Positions 22,532 through 35,345 of a DNA stretch of 63,839 nucleotides are shown here, in pieces; within the stretch, counting starts at the first letter, position 1, and each line of letters starts with the position of its first letter. Made by a program: the position numbers and the translations under genes. The notes under the pieces were generated by a model. The model did not search any database. It had not been told where the DNA came from and saw nothing but the letters and a program-made list of their open reading frames with translations. Source of the stretch: Podarcis melisellensis (taxonomy: Eukaryota); the NCBI GenBank assembly GCA_964234715.1, contig OZ174277.1. The stretch is one strand, 5' to 3'.

Positions 22532-22819
22532 TACACATCCAGAGCCAGGTGCACCAACTCTAGGGGGCCTCTCTCAATATTTCCTGGAAGAGGGCTGGGC
22601 CCTTGGTGCACATCACGCATGTGGGACATCACACACACAACGTGTTGTGTGTCACAACTTCAGTGGCCGGCTCCTTCAGAGCACTCAGCCTCCTCCAGAT
22701 GATGAGCCATCACACGCATAGCGTGCACCGAGCCCTCTCACTCTTTGGAGCAACCTGACGCCAATTTATGACTTTCACATTCAGGCAGCAGCTCCCCAAA
22801 CTGAACTCCGTAACAACAC

Positions 22820-23030
22820 AAAAAGAGCCTGCTGGACCAGGCCATTGGCCCATCTACTCCAATATCCTTCTCTCACAGTGGCCAACCAGATGCCTATGAG
22901 AAGCACACAAGCAGGACCTGAGTGCAACAGCGCTCTTCCCTCCAGAAACTGGTAATCATAAGAATTCCTACTGCTTCTGATAACCTCTGATAGTCTCCAT
23001 AGATTTGTCTAATTCTCTTTTAAAAGCCTC
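22820..23030 (-). mobile_element. Old LINE 3'-end fragment
   Basis: aagagcctgctggaccaggccattggcccatcta... is the reverse complement of the same repeat end seen at 63007-63222. Confidence 0.55.
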
Positions 23031-23356
23031 TCATAGAAGCAAATTCTATAGCTTAATGAGAGAGAGAAATAAACGTTTCTCTGTCCACTTTTCTCCAACT
23101 CCACCATATAGCATGATATCTGCTGTTAAAGAAATGGCTTAAATATGCGTACACGAATATTTAAGATGGAGATTGCACCTTTCAATGGATCTGTTTTTAT
23201 GGTTATGGAACATCAACTTAATAATAGCAGTTCACTAATCCTAACTATAGCCCTTAAGTGTTTGAATCATTCGGGAAAGCAACAAACTACACTAACTATA
23301 CAGTATTATTCAGCAATGCCCTTCCCCATAGCTGACATACTATAAATGCTTACTTC

Positions 23357-23490
23357 AGGAGTGGGTAAGCTTTGGCCCTTCAGATGTTGTGGGATGACAA
23401 CTCCCATCATCCTTGATCATTGGCCATGCTGGCTGGATGTCATGGGATCTGGAATCCAGTAACATCTGGAGGGCCAAAGGAAAGGTTCCT
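23357..23490. mobile_element. Palindromic ~135-bp hAT (Charlie-type) MITE
   Basis: tggcccttcagatgtt...caactcccatcatc...aacatctggagggcca. Same family as 26694-26830. Confidence 0.75.
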
Positions 23491-25344
23491 AGAAATTCTC
23501 CTCCTTATAGGTGCACGTTTCATTGCTTAACGATGAACACACATACCACAGCAACTGGTAATGAATTAGTTCTCTTAATTGCCCCAGGGTCAGTTTTCAT
23601 TCCCACAGGTGTGAGGTGGGGGTGGGAAGGCTTTAATCATTAATTGCTCTCATTTATCTTTTCATTTTTTAGTAGCAAATTAGCAAAAAATAAAAAATAA
23701 GAAATCAAGTTGCTAATTAAAGCCACACCACACATACACACCCATATCAACACCCATAGGAATAGAAACTGACATTGGGGCAATTAATTGGCTATCCAAA
23801 AAGCACCATATAGGCTATTCATTAGTTATTCACCACCCACACCAATAAAGGAGGCGGAATCTTCTAACAGGAGTGCTTAATTATTTAAAGGCAAAGGAAC
23901 TCTTAAAAGTCTTAACAGCACTTTGACTATCCACACTAGAAAGGCTGGTGCTACAACCGCATATAATTACAAGAAGAAAAATCAACACCAACGAGGTTGG
24001 GGGGAAAGGGAGGGCAACACAGTAAACAGTGAAATGCAATGGGCTGATAATCACAGTGTCTGGATCTTTAAAAATGGAGTGCACTAAGGATAGCAATTCC
24101 AGCGAAATCAGCAAGTGTGGAAGCAACCTTTGATTTGCCCAGAAACCATTGAGAGAGTTACTGACAGTGCCTTTCATATATAGCTTTCCCATCTATAACA
24201 GGAATCAATGACAGCACTCCTCCATGGCTCAGAAGCTCATATCCACCAGAAGCTGTGCTTCCAGAATTTTGAGTCCAGTTCTGTGGAAATCTCTCCAGCT
24301 GAGATAAGACTGGCCCAGTTGAACATCCAGCATTTAGTGAATATCTTTTTTTATTTAAGCAAGCATTTTCAGTATTTCCCCCCTGATTTTTATGGTTAAT
24401 TTTAATTGATTTTATCTTTAGTGTGTCTTTAGTCATTTTATTGTAACCTTAGAGACTATGGTGTTAAGCGGTATGTAAATAGTTGGAATAAATAAATAGG
24501 TTCTCAACCACTTCCCTATATCAAAAGCATGTTTCAAATGTCTCTGTCCTGTTTTCCAATGAATCAATATCAAAAGGGTAATACAGGCTTGCAATATCAA
24601 AATCTAGATCCCATCCCCTCCCCTCCCCAGATTGATAACTGTGTTAGTTTGTTGCAGCAAAACAACAACAACAAAGGTCTTGCAGAATCTCAGAGAGTAA
24701 CAAATTTTATGGCACAAGCTTTTTTGAACTAGAAGCATATGATAAAGCAGATTATATGCCACAAAATTTATGCCACATAATAAATATTTTCTTCTTTAAA
24801 GGTGCTACAAGAGCCTTTGTCGATTCCCTTGATATTTTATCCTAAAATTGGGAGTGGTAGAAAATCTGTGTTTCTCCCATACCACATTTGAGTTTAGAAC
24901 TGGCTTTAAAGGGGGGGGGGATAGGAAAATACCCATAAAAAGCTGTGTGTCCCACCAGCTTAGATTTAAGGAGAAACAACACAACTGGGTGAGCTGCTTG
25001 GCTTAAATCCTGCATCTTAAAAAAGACATTTCAAACTAGATAACTAAATCATCCTGAAAGTACCCAAAAGATGATGTAACAACGTTCTGAAAAATTAATT
25101 AAAGACACATTGCTGTCAGCTCCAGGAAAATAATAAAAGTTGGGAGATTAAGAGGCAAGCATATCTTTCTGAATTGTAAAATAGGTTTATGGGTCTTCTA
25201 ATAACAATTTTTACTCAAACCTTACATAAATAGGCTTATATGATACAAATATTACGTGGGCTATGTGGAAACTACAACGTCCATAATCATGTTTAGGGAT
25301 TACTTGACAGAACAGAGACATTTCATTTCTATTGGACCTAGGGA

Positions 25345-25564
25345 NNNNNNNNNNNNNNNNNNNNNNNNNNNNNNNNNNNNNNNNNNNNNNNNNNNNNNNN
25401 NNNNNNNNNNNNNNNNNNNNNNNNNNNNNNNNNNNNNNNNNNNNNNNNNNNNNNNNNNNNNNNNNNNNNNNNNNNNNNNNNNNNNNNNNNNNNNNNNNNN
25501 NNNNNNNNNNNNNNNNNNNNNNNNNNNNNNNNNNNNNNNNNNNNNNNNNNNNNNNNNNNNNNNN
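25345..25564. other. Assembly gap (220 N)
   Basis: Run of N. Confidence 1.
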
Positions 25565-26693
25565 CAAATTCCTGGCAGATTTCTGAAGCGCAAAGTCACA
25601 ATAAGAAGATCAGCAGAACAGCCTGAAATAATAGAATATTCATCCCCCTAATCCATATGCAATTCTTTAGGGCTTTTTTTTAACAATGCATATGAGGTCT
25701 GACTGTATTCAGGATTTAAATAAGTTGTCTCTCTTCCTCTCTCCATCCCTCCCCCTTACCCTTCTCTCTCCTCTCACACACAATCGCACTCGATTTTTGT
25801 AAAAAAAATAAAATAAAAATGTATATACAGTTATCATTTCTGCTCTGCTGCACTCAGGATGACAAGGTTAGCACATCTTCTCACACCTCAGATAAAAAAT
25901 AGATTTTTAAAACAACAAAAGTGTTAAAAGAAATGTATTTATTCATACAAAATTTTAAAAGACTTATTTTATTTTATTTTTTGGAAAGGAGATATTACAC
26001 TTCCTTATTTTCCCAAATTATTGGGAAGCCTATGCAATGTGTGATGTTTTAAATTTTACATTCACCTTTTTTTGCAAATAAATTGGAAGGGAAATGTATT
26101 TGGTATTAGATCTTTAAGATCATGCATATCTTTCCAGAGACATGTGATTTTCGATGTATTTTTTAGAGAAGGGATAGTGACCTACTGAAGAATGGCTGAG
26201 AAAACTCAGATGCATATGCTAATAATGCTAACACAGCAAATGCCAGTGTGGATGTAAACACAGCAAAGAAAGTGATATTTAGTGTGGCATAAAAAATACA
26301 GTTGCTATGGACCTGAAATGAGGAATGACAGAGAGGCCCTCATACTAGTCTTCCTCATTCAATTTTCAAAAGATACATACTGCACTGTCTAATTCTCAAA
26401 ATGAATTAAAATCTACCAGTGTTTAGTGGTCTCTGCAGTCAACTAGAAGTGCATTCAGTACCAGGGAACTAATGGCCTGCTCAGCTCACATAAATTCAGT
26501 GAACATTTAGGAAACTTGTTGGTTATTCTGGAATCTACTGGTAACAAAAAACCCAAAAGAAATGTTAGAAACTGTTTGGAACAGTGTGTGTGGACTTTTA
26601 CAACTCACAAACAGGTGGTGGCAACGATCAAACCATTCTTTGTCATTGGGTGAGGCCTCATTGGGTGAGGCAGTTGCTGAAAACCTTTTAGAG

Positions 26694-26830
26694 CAGGAAT
26701 GGAGAACTTGTAGTTCTCCAGAAGTTGTTGGACTACAATTTACACATCCCTGACCACTGGCCACGTTTGCTGGAGCTGCTTGGAATGTTAATCCAACAGC
26801 ATCTGGAGGGCTGCAGGTTCCCCATCCTTG
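26694..26830. mobile_element. Palindromic 137-bp hAT (Charlie-type) MITE
   Basis: Inverted ends CAGGAATGGAGAAC / GTTCCCCATCCTTG. Perfect 8-bp TSD TTTTAGAG (26686-26693, 26831-26838). Confidence 0.88.
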
Positions 26831-29800
26831 TTTTAGAGGGTGAAACTCTTGCACAGGGCATGCCAGTTCCCAGCTCCATCTACATAGCAACAGATACGGA
26901 AGGGGGGAAACCACTTGCAGGTTGCAGCCCTTCCCAAAAGCCAAACTTAAAATGGAGGAAATGTTGTAAGGCTGAAGAGTTTAGGATACAGATCTGAAGT
27001 GATATCTAATATTTTGCCATTAAAACAGGCAAAGCAGAAACTTGAATCTGTTCCCCATCTCAAAAATTGCTGTAACAAATGTAAAGCGCTCTGCACAAAG
27101 TAGTAATACTTTTCCAAGAAAACATAAAGTCATCAAATCTTGGGCTAAAGGGAAGTTTCTTGCTACCACAGTTCATACTAGAGTCTCTCTTGGTCTATGG
27201 ACAGGAAGGCCCCTGCACTAGGACAGAAGCTAACATTCCAGAGTTATGGCCTGCATGCTTGGCGATAACCCAGGCAGTGGTGGTTTGTGCAGTGGTTTGC
27301 TTTCAAATTCCAAAGGTCACTGCTAAGTGCTACTGAATGGTGGAGGAGATCCAACACTGTCATTGTAGGGCTTTACAAAATTGAAGCAGAAGCCCAGTGG
27401 ATGAACATGTAGGTGCATGGATGTGGAGTGGATAGCAGCATCCTGAGGCTGCCACTGATGCTGGACAACTTTATCCACTTGGAAGCCATGAACCTGCATG
27501 GCTATAAGAATTCTGGTGCTACAGAACTATCACATCTGCTGCTGCAGCTGACTGCAAGGGACCCTGGGTCCACCCACCTCATGAAATATGTAATGCAGCT
27601 GCTTGGGGGCAATCAAAGGCCTTGGACCCATTCAGCTTCTTCTATTGAATTTTAAAGGATTACTCTGTTTCCTGTGACGAAAGTACATTTTTGTCATTCC
27701 TGATTAATCCCCCAGCTAATGTTTAGAAAGGTGACTTTTTGGCACTGATCAGATTTGACAAAAGTAGTTTCAAGCTAAGTAATGTCTAACTATTTATAAG
27801 ATTCGTCATGCTTCTTTTTTTAGAAATGGCATTTAGATTAGCTATAGGGCTAATTTATTGTCTTGCAACTCCATTCTGGGACTTGCATGCAGTATTTGAA
27901 TCACATAAAAGAAAACCATATGCATATCAGGTTTCCAATAACTGATCTCATCCAGGAATGGATGCCAAATTATCTAATTCTGGCTGTAAGGGCTGAGGTT
28001 AACTCCTTACACTCACAGTTCTTGCCATTCAAAGTGGTTTGCTGCCGATTTGGTATGTATTTTTGCTCCATGGCTAACACACTTTCTCACTCTATTTGGA
28101 TCAGCATAATCTCTGATGGAGTACTTTACCATCAGACCTTATGAAACTTGATTTTTCAAGCTGCTCCAAATACCACGACTGACACTGTAAAAGGAAATAG
28201 CAAAGATCCTTATAAGCTGTTCATCAGACCTCAAATCTTCTGATAATAAAATCCTTGTAGGAGCCCAAGTGCATTCACCTTAGGTTCAGCTGTGTTGACT
28301 TCAATCAAAATTACTCATAATGTGCATGAGAAAAATCGGCTACAAAAATATCCACTGATCTTGCAGGAAAGAATGAGCAATATGCTTGTTTTGTACACTT
28401 ATACATAATAGATTTCCAGAACTGGAAGATACCTCTTGAATCAACTAGACTAATATCCTAAAAGCACCATAGCCTCCTAGACCAGTTCATTTGTTATGTT
28501 ACCTGAAGATGGTCAGGCTTGTCCACATAAATACAAAAATGTGTTGAGTGATCAAATTCTATGTAGTGTTAATAGTTCATATCTCCATTGCGTTCTACCT
28601 TGCAGAGATGACGGTCTTAAGAGTACAAGTAATGAACACCAGCAGGTTAAGCAAGAATATCACATGAAATATTAGAAGCGGGTCACACAACACATTTGTG
28701 TCTCTGTGCATGTAGCCAGGGAAACTTTCACACAGGCAACATAACAAGGGAAACGAAAAATCACAGATAAAGCTAGCAGCAATTTACATGATTTCAGGTA
28801 CTTGAAAAAAGTGTCACCACCATCTTGGAAACTGTCTTCAGCTTCAATCATGAACAGCCAATTCACATACTGTGTTGTCCATGTGAATGTATATGAAGAA
28901 GTAGTCAAAACCATTTGCATGAAAAAGAAAATGGCCTCTGTGAATCAGCCTTAGACAATGTGGGATAAAGAAATAATAAATAAAAACATTTAACAGGAAT
29001 GGCATAAAAGTATTTATCCTATTTCTTTTTCCAGTCTTCTCCAGTGTTTTATCCCTGAGCAAATACCTGGGCTAGCTTCATTACTTGAAGAATTTTTAAA
29101 GCTATGGTTCCCCAAGACTACAGCTAACGTACTGCAGACCTCCGCTAAACAATCCATATTAGGCACGTCACTCTAAACGGGCAGCAGCAATTAACAGTTT
29201 CTCTATTTGTTTATATAATAGGGCCAATGCCTTTTGAAGCACTTCAGAGCACTTAACTAAAGCAAACAAGCACTTGAACTTTGAATATCTAACAAGAGGA
29301 GCTATTGATAAGTATGACTTTACCTGGCAAATCTTAGTCGCTGACAACTTTAATTCAATGGCCTTGGGGACAATTCGGACATCACTGCCTGTGATATTAC
29401 ATACTTCTCATATGACTTTAACATATCAATTTGAAATCATTTGCCACAGCCACTTCAGAAGAGAGTGATTTGGAGGAAAGATGGTGCAGTAGGGAGGGTG
29501 TGTGTAACTTTTCCCCCACCTACTAGCTTTCCACCACAACACTTTACCCAAACTGGTTTTCCCCATGATGGTGTGGGTTTCCAGACATACATTTGCAAAG
29601 GCGAATACACATCTGGAATCTTCCTTCGCAGCTGGAGTGTGGAAAGAATTGCAATGAGAAAAACACAAATGGGAAAGCCTTCTATCTACGTACCAAAACT
29701 GAACTCTCCCAAAGATGCTTTTCATTTTAAAAACTATGGGGTTTTTTTGTAGCACATTACATCTCCATGTAAAATGTACAGTAGTTCAGCCCTTAGAGAC

Positions 29801-31937
29801 AACCTACACATTCAGCAAGATTATGTGGTCATAGACTCTACTACTTTAAATTGCAGCGGTGATCTTGTTTTTGAATACTCCCCTTTTTAACATGATCCCT
29901 CCTTGGAGAAACTGGTCCATCAGGGAGAAATGTTCCGACCTAGACTTCTCACCAATGTACCTGTTTTTTGCAGAAGGGAATATTTATAGGGGAAGCATGC
30001 AGAAACATGATCTGCGGCTGCAGTCTAATGTGGCATTAACCCAGAACCCAAGGACCACATGACTTTACATATAGATAACCCTATAACAAAATTCCAAGGC
30101 AAATTCTCTAATTTCTCTGCTATTTAATAATGAATCTATGTAATACTCCAATCTCTCACACAACTGTTGATGTTTCAAGCTATTTTACATAGAGAAGAAA
30201 TCGGGATGACAGTGATGACAGTGAGGAAATAAAAATGAGGTCAAAGTACTACATTCTGAAAACTCCCAGTTATTTACTTGCTTTCTATAAGAACTATGGA
30301 TAATCAAAGTTGTGTCCCATTTATGGAGCCACATTTAAGTGGAAATCAACAAAGGCATCTTGTCCTCCTGAGTCTTGTCAGTTGTCAAGCACATGTTCAG
30401 AGCATGAACCACACTCCTGTTGAATTTGCTGTGAAGCTTGCAGATCTCATAAATAACAATATGAATGCATTGAACCACTGAAAAAGATGTGTAGATTCTC
30501 ACAATGATCAACTGCAAAACACCACTTCACCATCATGGTGATGGGTCCTATTTTTGCATATAAAAAACTTGACAAGACAACTCAGATGGCTGCATAATTT
30601 CATTAATGTTGCAGACTCATTATTACCATATTTTTACCAGTGTATCATTCTACCGATCTGCATGACAATGGCTAATATAAGCATGTTCCTAGTCATGCAA
30701 ATTAAATGCAATGCTCTCAGAAGCACTTTCCCTGCTTACTCCATCATCATCATTAATCTAATAATTTTGTCATGCAAATTTCTGACTGACCTTATGGAGG
30801 ATCCTGCTGGCAGAAATGGGAAAGACCATTTTTGTCAATTCCCTCAGCAGCTCTTTCTTCTCTCGCATACTGGTCTAGGGGATCTCAGAATGGTTTTTGG
30901 GGGGAGGAAAATCCAGTGAAGGTGAAGGTTTCCTTCCCACTTCTGCTGGCAGGATCACTATGTAAGTGATCCAAACTACAGGATCCAAACTTATGTTTCC
31001 AGAAAAGTGGTTGCTCTTTTTAATGTCATGCTCCAACTCCATGTTTCTAAAATTAGAAATGGCATGACTATCCAATAGTTTAATTCACCATATCTATGGC
31101 AATATATTGTTATTCACCATGCCTTTAAGGTATTTTCAGTTTAAGGAAGTATCTGCACATTTAATGTGCAGCCTGATCCTATCCATGATCACCTGAAAGT
31201 CCCATTTACTTCAACCAAGCATGCACAGGATTGCATTCTAACAGTCTTGCTGAGTTTCAATTCATCATCTATTTTTAGGTGCTGTGGTACAGAGTGGGTC
31301 CCACTGCCATGTGATAAAATGTGCTAAGTACTTATCGTGCAAGAAATGGCTTTTTAAATTCTCTGAAATACTATTAGTTATAATTGGGTTTAATGCATAA
31401 AATGGCTGAGTAATTTAAATGTTTGAAAAAGAAAACAGTCTTTCCTAGAGTTTATGAAGTGGTAAGCTATTTCTCATAACGATTAACTGTGAATCATCAT
31501 TTCAAACATGAGCATCTAGGAGCATATGCTCTATGCAACTGTTGCTGTGAGAGAGCTCATATTAACCAAATTAATGGGTTTAATTTTCATCACAGCCTGC
31601 ATTTTTACACCAGCAAAAGTCCATTGACCTCTCAGCATAAATTCCTGGGTTTTGCTGGTAAAATAGATCTGAATTTTGGCCACCCTTGAATATATTTTTG
31701 AATTGCAAAATAAAATCAAACAGACTCTGTTATATGGGATGATCCAGTGCTCACCACAACCTTACTTTAAAAAAAGAACAACCTTACTTAAACTGCCATG
31801 TTGAGCTAAAAGCTTAGCTATGAAAACAAAGTTGTAGTGGGAGAAAGCAGACAGGGCTGGCCATATTAGACAGTCTGATTATATTGAGTTCAAAGGATGA
31901 ACGGGAAGAGCTGCTGCAGGCAGAATTACTTTCTATA

Positions 31938-32167
31938 CAGTGGTACCTCGGGTTAAGAACTTAATTCATTCCGGAGGTCCGTTGTTAACCTGAAACTGTT
32001 CTTAACCTGAAGCACCACTTTAGCTAATGGGGCCTCCCGCTGCCGCTGCACTGCTGGAGCATGATTTCTGTTCTCATCCTGAAGCAAAGTTCTTAACCCA
32101 AGGTAATATTTCTGGGTTAGCCTGAAGCGTCTGTAACCTGAAGCGTATGTAACCTGAGGTACCACTG
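31938..32167. mobile_element. pogo/Tigger-like MITE, copy 2 (opposite orientation to copy 1)
   Basis: TA|CAGTGGTACCTCGGGTTA ... AACCTGAGGTACCACTG|TA. Confidence 0.93.
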
Positions 32168-32569
32168 TACTTGCCCCAACACTATGAGGCAGCAATCAGA
32201 AAAGCTTACTTTCTCTAATATATGTTAAATGGGAAATGATTCCTAATAAGATGAAAAACTAATCACTGGGTGCAGTTTCAGATACATTAGAGAAACCACC
32301 TTGAAAGAGAAGGTGATCTCTGGCAACTTAAGTATACATAACTAGTGACCAAAAAGTTCACTGATTTTGAGCAAATATTTCACTATAATTACTATCAGTG
32401 AAAGTTTCATGTAAATTACTGGCACACTGGTCTACAACACTTTGAAATATATAGACAAAAATATGACAAATGTTGGCAACATGTCAGAGAAAGAGGAAAA
32501 TATTAGCATATGTGATGGAAGTTACCTCCAACTTTCCTGGAAGAACTAGGAAATATTACAGGTTGCTTT

Positions 32570-32722
32570 CATAGCTGTCAACCTTCCCTTTTTTTTTTGC
32601 GGGAAATTCCCTTATTCCAGCGCTGTTTCCCACTGCTTCCCGCTGCTATCCCGGATTCTTAGATATCCCGGAGACTGTCCCCGGGACAGGTGAGGCTGCT
32701 GATCTGAAAGTTGACATCCATG
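32570..32722. mobile_element. 153-bp MITE with 13-bp TIRs and 9-bp TSD
   Basis: TIRs CATAGCTGTCAAC / GTTGACATCCATG (2 mismatches). GGTTGCTTT directly on both sides (32561-32569, 32723-32731). Confidence 0.85.
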
Positions 32723-33663
32723 GGTTGCTTTGCACAAGCAGACTGTATCCTATGTTTACTTCCTGTAACACACACCAAGGCGCTAGGAAGCTTTAGCCTT
32801 TACTCTTTCAACAATAGCCATATGTCATCAGACTTGATCAAAATTGCACAAGTGGATTTCTACTCATGCCTTAATTATTTGCTATGCAGAAGAAAGCAAT
32901 TCCAGGCTGGCTTGAGAACATACAGTACCAGTATTTTTACAAAGAGACACGAAAAGTAGACTATAGAACCAAATTACATGTGAGGCTAAGTTGCATGCCT
33001 TTAAAAACTAAAATCTAAGCATTTGCAGAGGCTTCAATCTAACCAGAGAACCAGTGTAGGAGAGGATGAAGCTGCTTCTCCCTTTTCTCCTGGCCGTTAT
33101 TCTCCCCTAAGCTGCTTTCCACCTTGCAGAGAAGAGACTTGAGTATCCATATCTTCTCCTGCAGGTGGAAATGTAGTCTCTGGGGGCAATGTTTAGCAGG
33201 GAGAAAGACCAGTTGTATGTGAAAGGACTGCGCAGCCATTTTCCCTATCCACCATCATTGTCCCTCTGCTCAAGATTTGCATCTGCTTTTGGTTTTTAAA
33301 GAAAGAATGAAAGGAAGATATATGGGTGGACCCAGAATAGCCTCTGAAGCATTATATAACCTAACAGGAAACATTTCCTATTCTCACTGAGAAATGTCAA
33401 GATAATTTAAGCCTAGAATCTCAGCCAATGTTGTAGTCATATACTGATGACGATCAATCAGACACTAACATTATCGTAAGGCCGCATGCCTTGCACTTTT
33501 GCTTCATTTGCCTTTCAGTTAAAAGGAAATAATAGAAAGATACTGAAGAAGTGAAAAGCAATTTACTTGGTTTCTTGTAATACAGCTATAATAAATTACT
33601 TTTTTGTACTTTAGGTATCATTCTAAGCAATATGCTACCAGGGCTGTCTATTTCTTATAACGA

Positions 33664-33782
33664 GAGTGGCTAACCTGTGGCCCTCCAGATATTGTTAAAC
33701 TCCCATCTATCCCAGCCAGCATTGCCAATGGTCAGAGAGTTCTGGTACAGCAACAGCTAGAGGACCACAGGTTAATCTCTGC
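33664..33782. mobile_element. Degenerate copy of the palindromic hAT MITE
   Basis: aacctgtggccctccagat ... agaggaccacaggtt. Confidence 0.65.
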
Positions 33783-34194
33783 CTAACAGCTTATATATGG
33801 AAACCCGTAGCATAGTAGTTTACATATTTAGGCAGAAACCACCACTATTTATTTTATGGTTAAGAAGAATTTAGTAATTTTCCAACTCACAGTAACTTAG
33901 GAGATCATGTACAGGTCTGAAGGCAGCATCTCTCTTTATATCAGCTTATGAAACTGTCTTATATTTTAGGCTCTTGCTCCAACTACACCAAGTGTGTGCT
34001 TCGCCCAGTCTGATAGAGTCCCTCATCCAATGTCTATTCAAGAATAGAGACAGGATTTCTTTTCAGGGCCACATTTCATTATAAGTAATCTGTTAGGGGC
34101 CACGTGACAACAGAAAACAAGGATGGAGGCATCAATGCATGGGCAGAGAGCCCATGGTAGGCAGGGCCATCCCCCCCCCCCCCGCTCTGTGTCT

Positions 34195-34540
34195 CTCTGT
34201 GTGACATCCTACCCCCTGCCCCATTCTTTATTCCTCCCTGCTTGGTGGGTTACCAGGAAAAGCCAGAGGCGGATGTAGGGGAGCACGACTGGTTCGGTTG
34301 CACTGGGTGCAGAGCCTTGGAGCGTGAAAGGCAGAAGCCACCAAATTTTGGCATCACAAAGGACGTTGCTGAAATTGGAGACCCCAAGGTCCGCCACTGG
34401 GAAAGATCACTATTGCCAGAGGTCTGAACCGATGGCTCACAGAGAATTATTCCCACCTCTTCCTTCCTTTAGTCTATCCACTTTGACTTCCCCACTCCCA
34501 CCCTCCCTCCCTCCATCCCTCCTTGGTTACCTTCACCCAT
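34195..34540 (+). mobile_element. Isolated fragment homologous to the 3' end of the DIRS/Ngaro-like element (59100-59290)
   Basis: Shares collinear blocks CACTGGGTGCAGAG, TTTTGGCATCACA and GAAATTG(G)AGAC.CCAAGGTCCGC.ACTG. Boundaries approximate. Confidence 0.6.
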
Positions 34541-35214
34541 GTTAAATTAGGTCAAGAGTACATATGACTCTTAGTCTGCAAGTTCACCAGTCCTGGTCTA
34601 TTAATTGATGCAGGCTTTTTTCCTATTAAATAACATTTGCAGTTCCTTCTCAGTGAATGTCTCCTGCAGTTAAAGGAGATTCAAATCTTACTTTTGTAAA
34701 TCTCAAATCTCTTCTCAATGATATTATAATCACCATATGTAGATGATGTATATATAGACACACACACACACACACACACACAATCTCCTAGTCCTATGCA
34801 TTGCAGTTTAGTTCTGGAGAGCCACCCCCTCCCTACACACACACACATACACACACGTGTAGAGGCTCATAATTAGCTTTGATGAATATTGCTGCTGTGC
34901 TCGTTTAAAGCTATAGACTTTCATAAACACATACATTCATTCAAATTAAAGAGTCAGAAAAAAATAGTACTATGATTCAAATGACTGATTTCTGAGCTAT
35001 GGCAGCTATGACATAGATGACTTTCACCCAAAGGTTACAACCACGTAAAATGATGAACACCAGTTAAAACAATTTACAATCAGAAAAAGAGGGTTGGTTC
35101 TAAGGAAAAATATCAGTACACTGCCTGTCTCTCATCCCCAAACTTCTCCTGTTCCTCATATTTGTATAAGCTCATGGAATGTAAGGCTATCAATGGCTAC
35201 CAGTTGTCATCACA

Positions 35215-35345
35215 GTTATAGTTCATTTGATTAGATCATGATGACGATAACACCAAGGTTGTAGGTTCCATTCCTGTATTGCAAGGGGTTGGACAAGATG
35301 ATCTTTAGGGTCCCTTCCAACTCTACAGTTCTCTGATTCTGTGAT
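35215..35345 (+). mobile_element. tRNA-head/CR1-tail SINE (Squam2-like), decayed
   Basis: tag.tca.ttg.ttaga...ataacaccaaggttgtaggttc head, and a CR1-type tail ggggttggac..gatg...gtcccttccaactcta...ttct.tgattct.tga. Confidence 0.7.

Noticed and set aside
25211-25651. ORFs spanning N runs (also 45673-46346)
   Set aside because: Artefacts of translating N.
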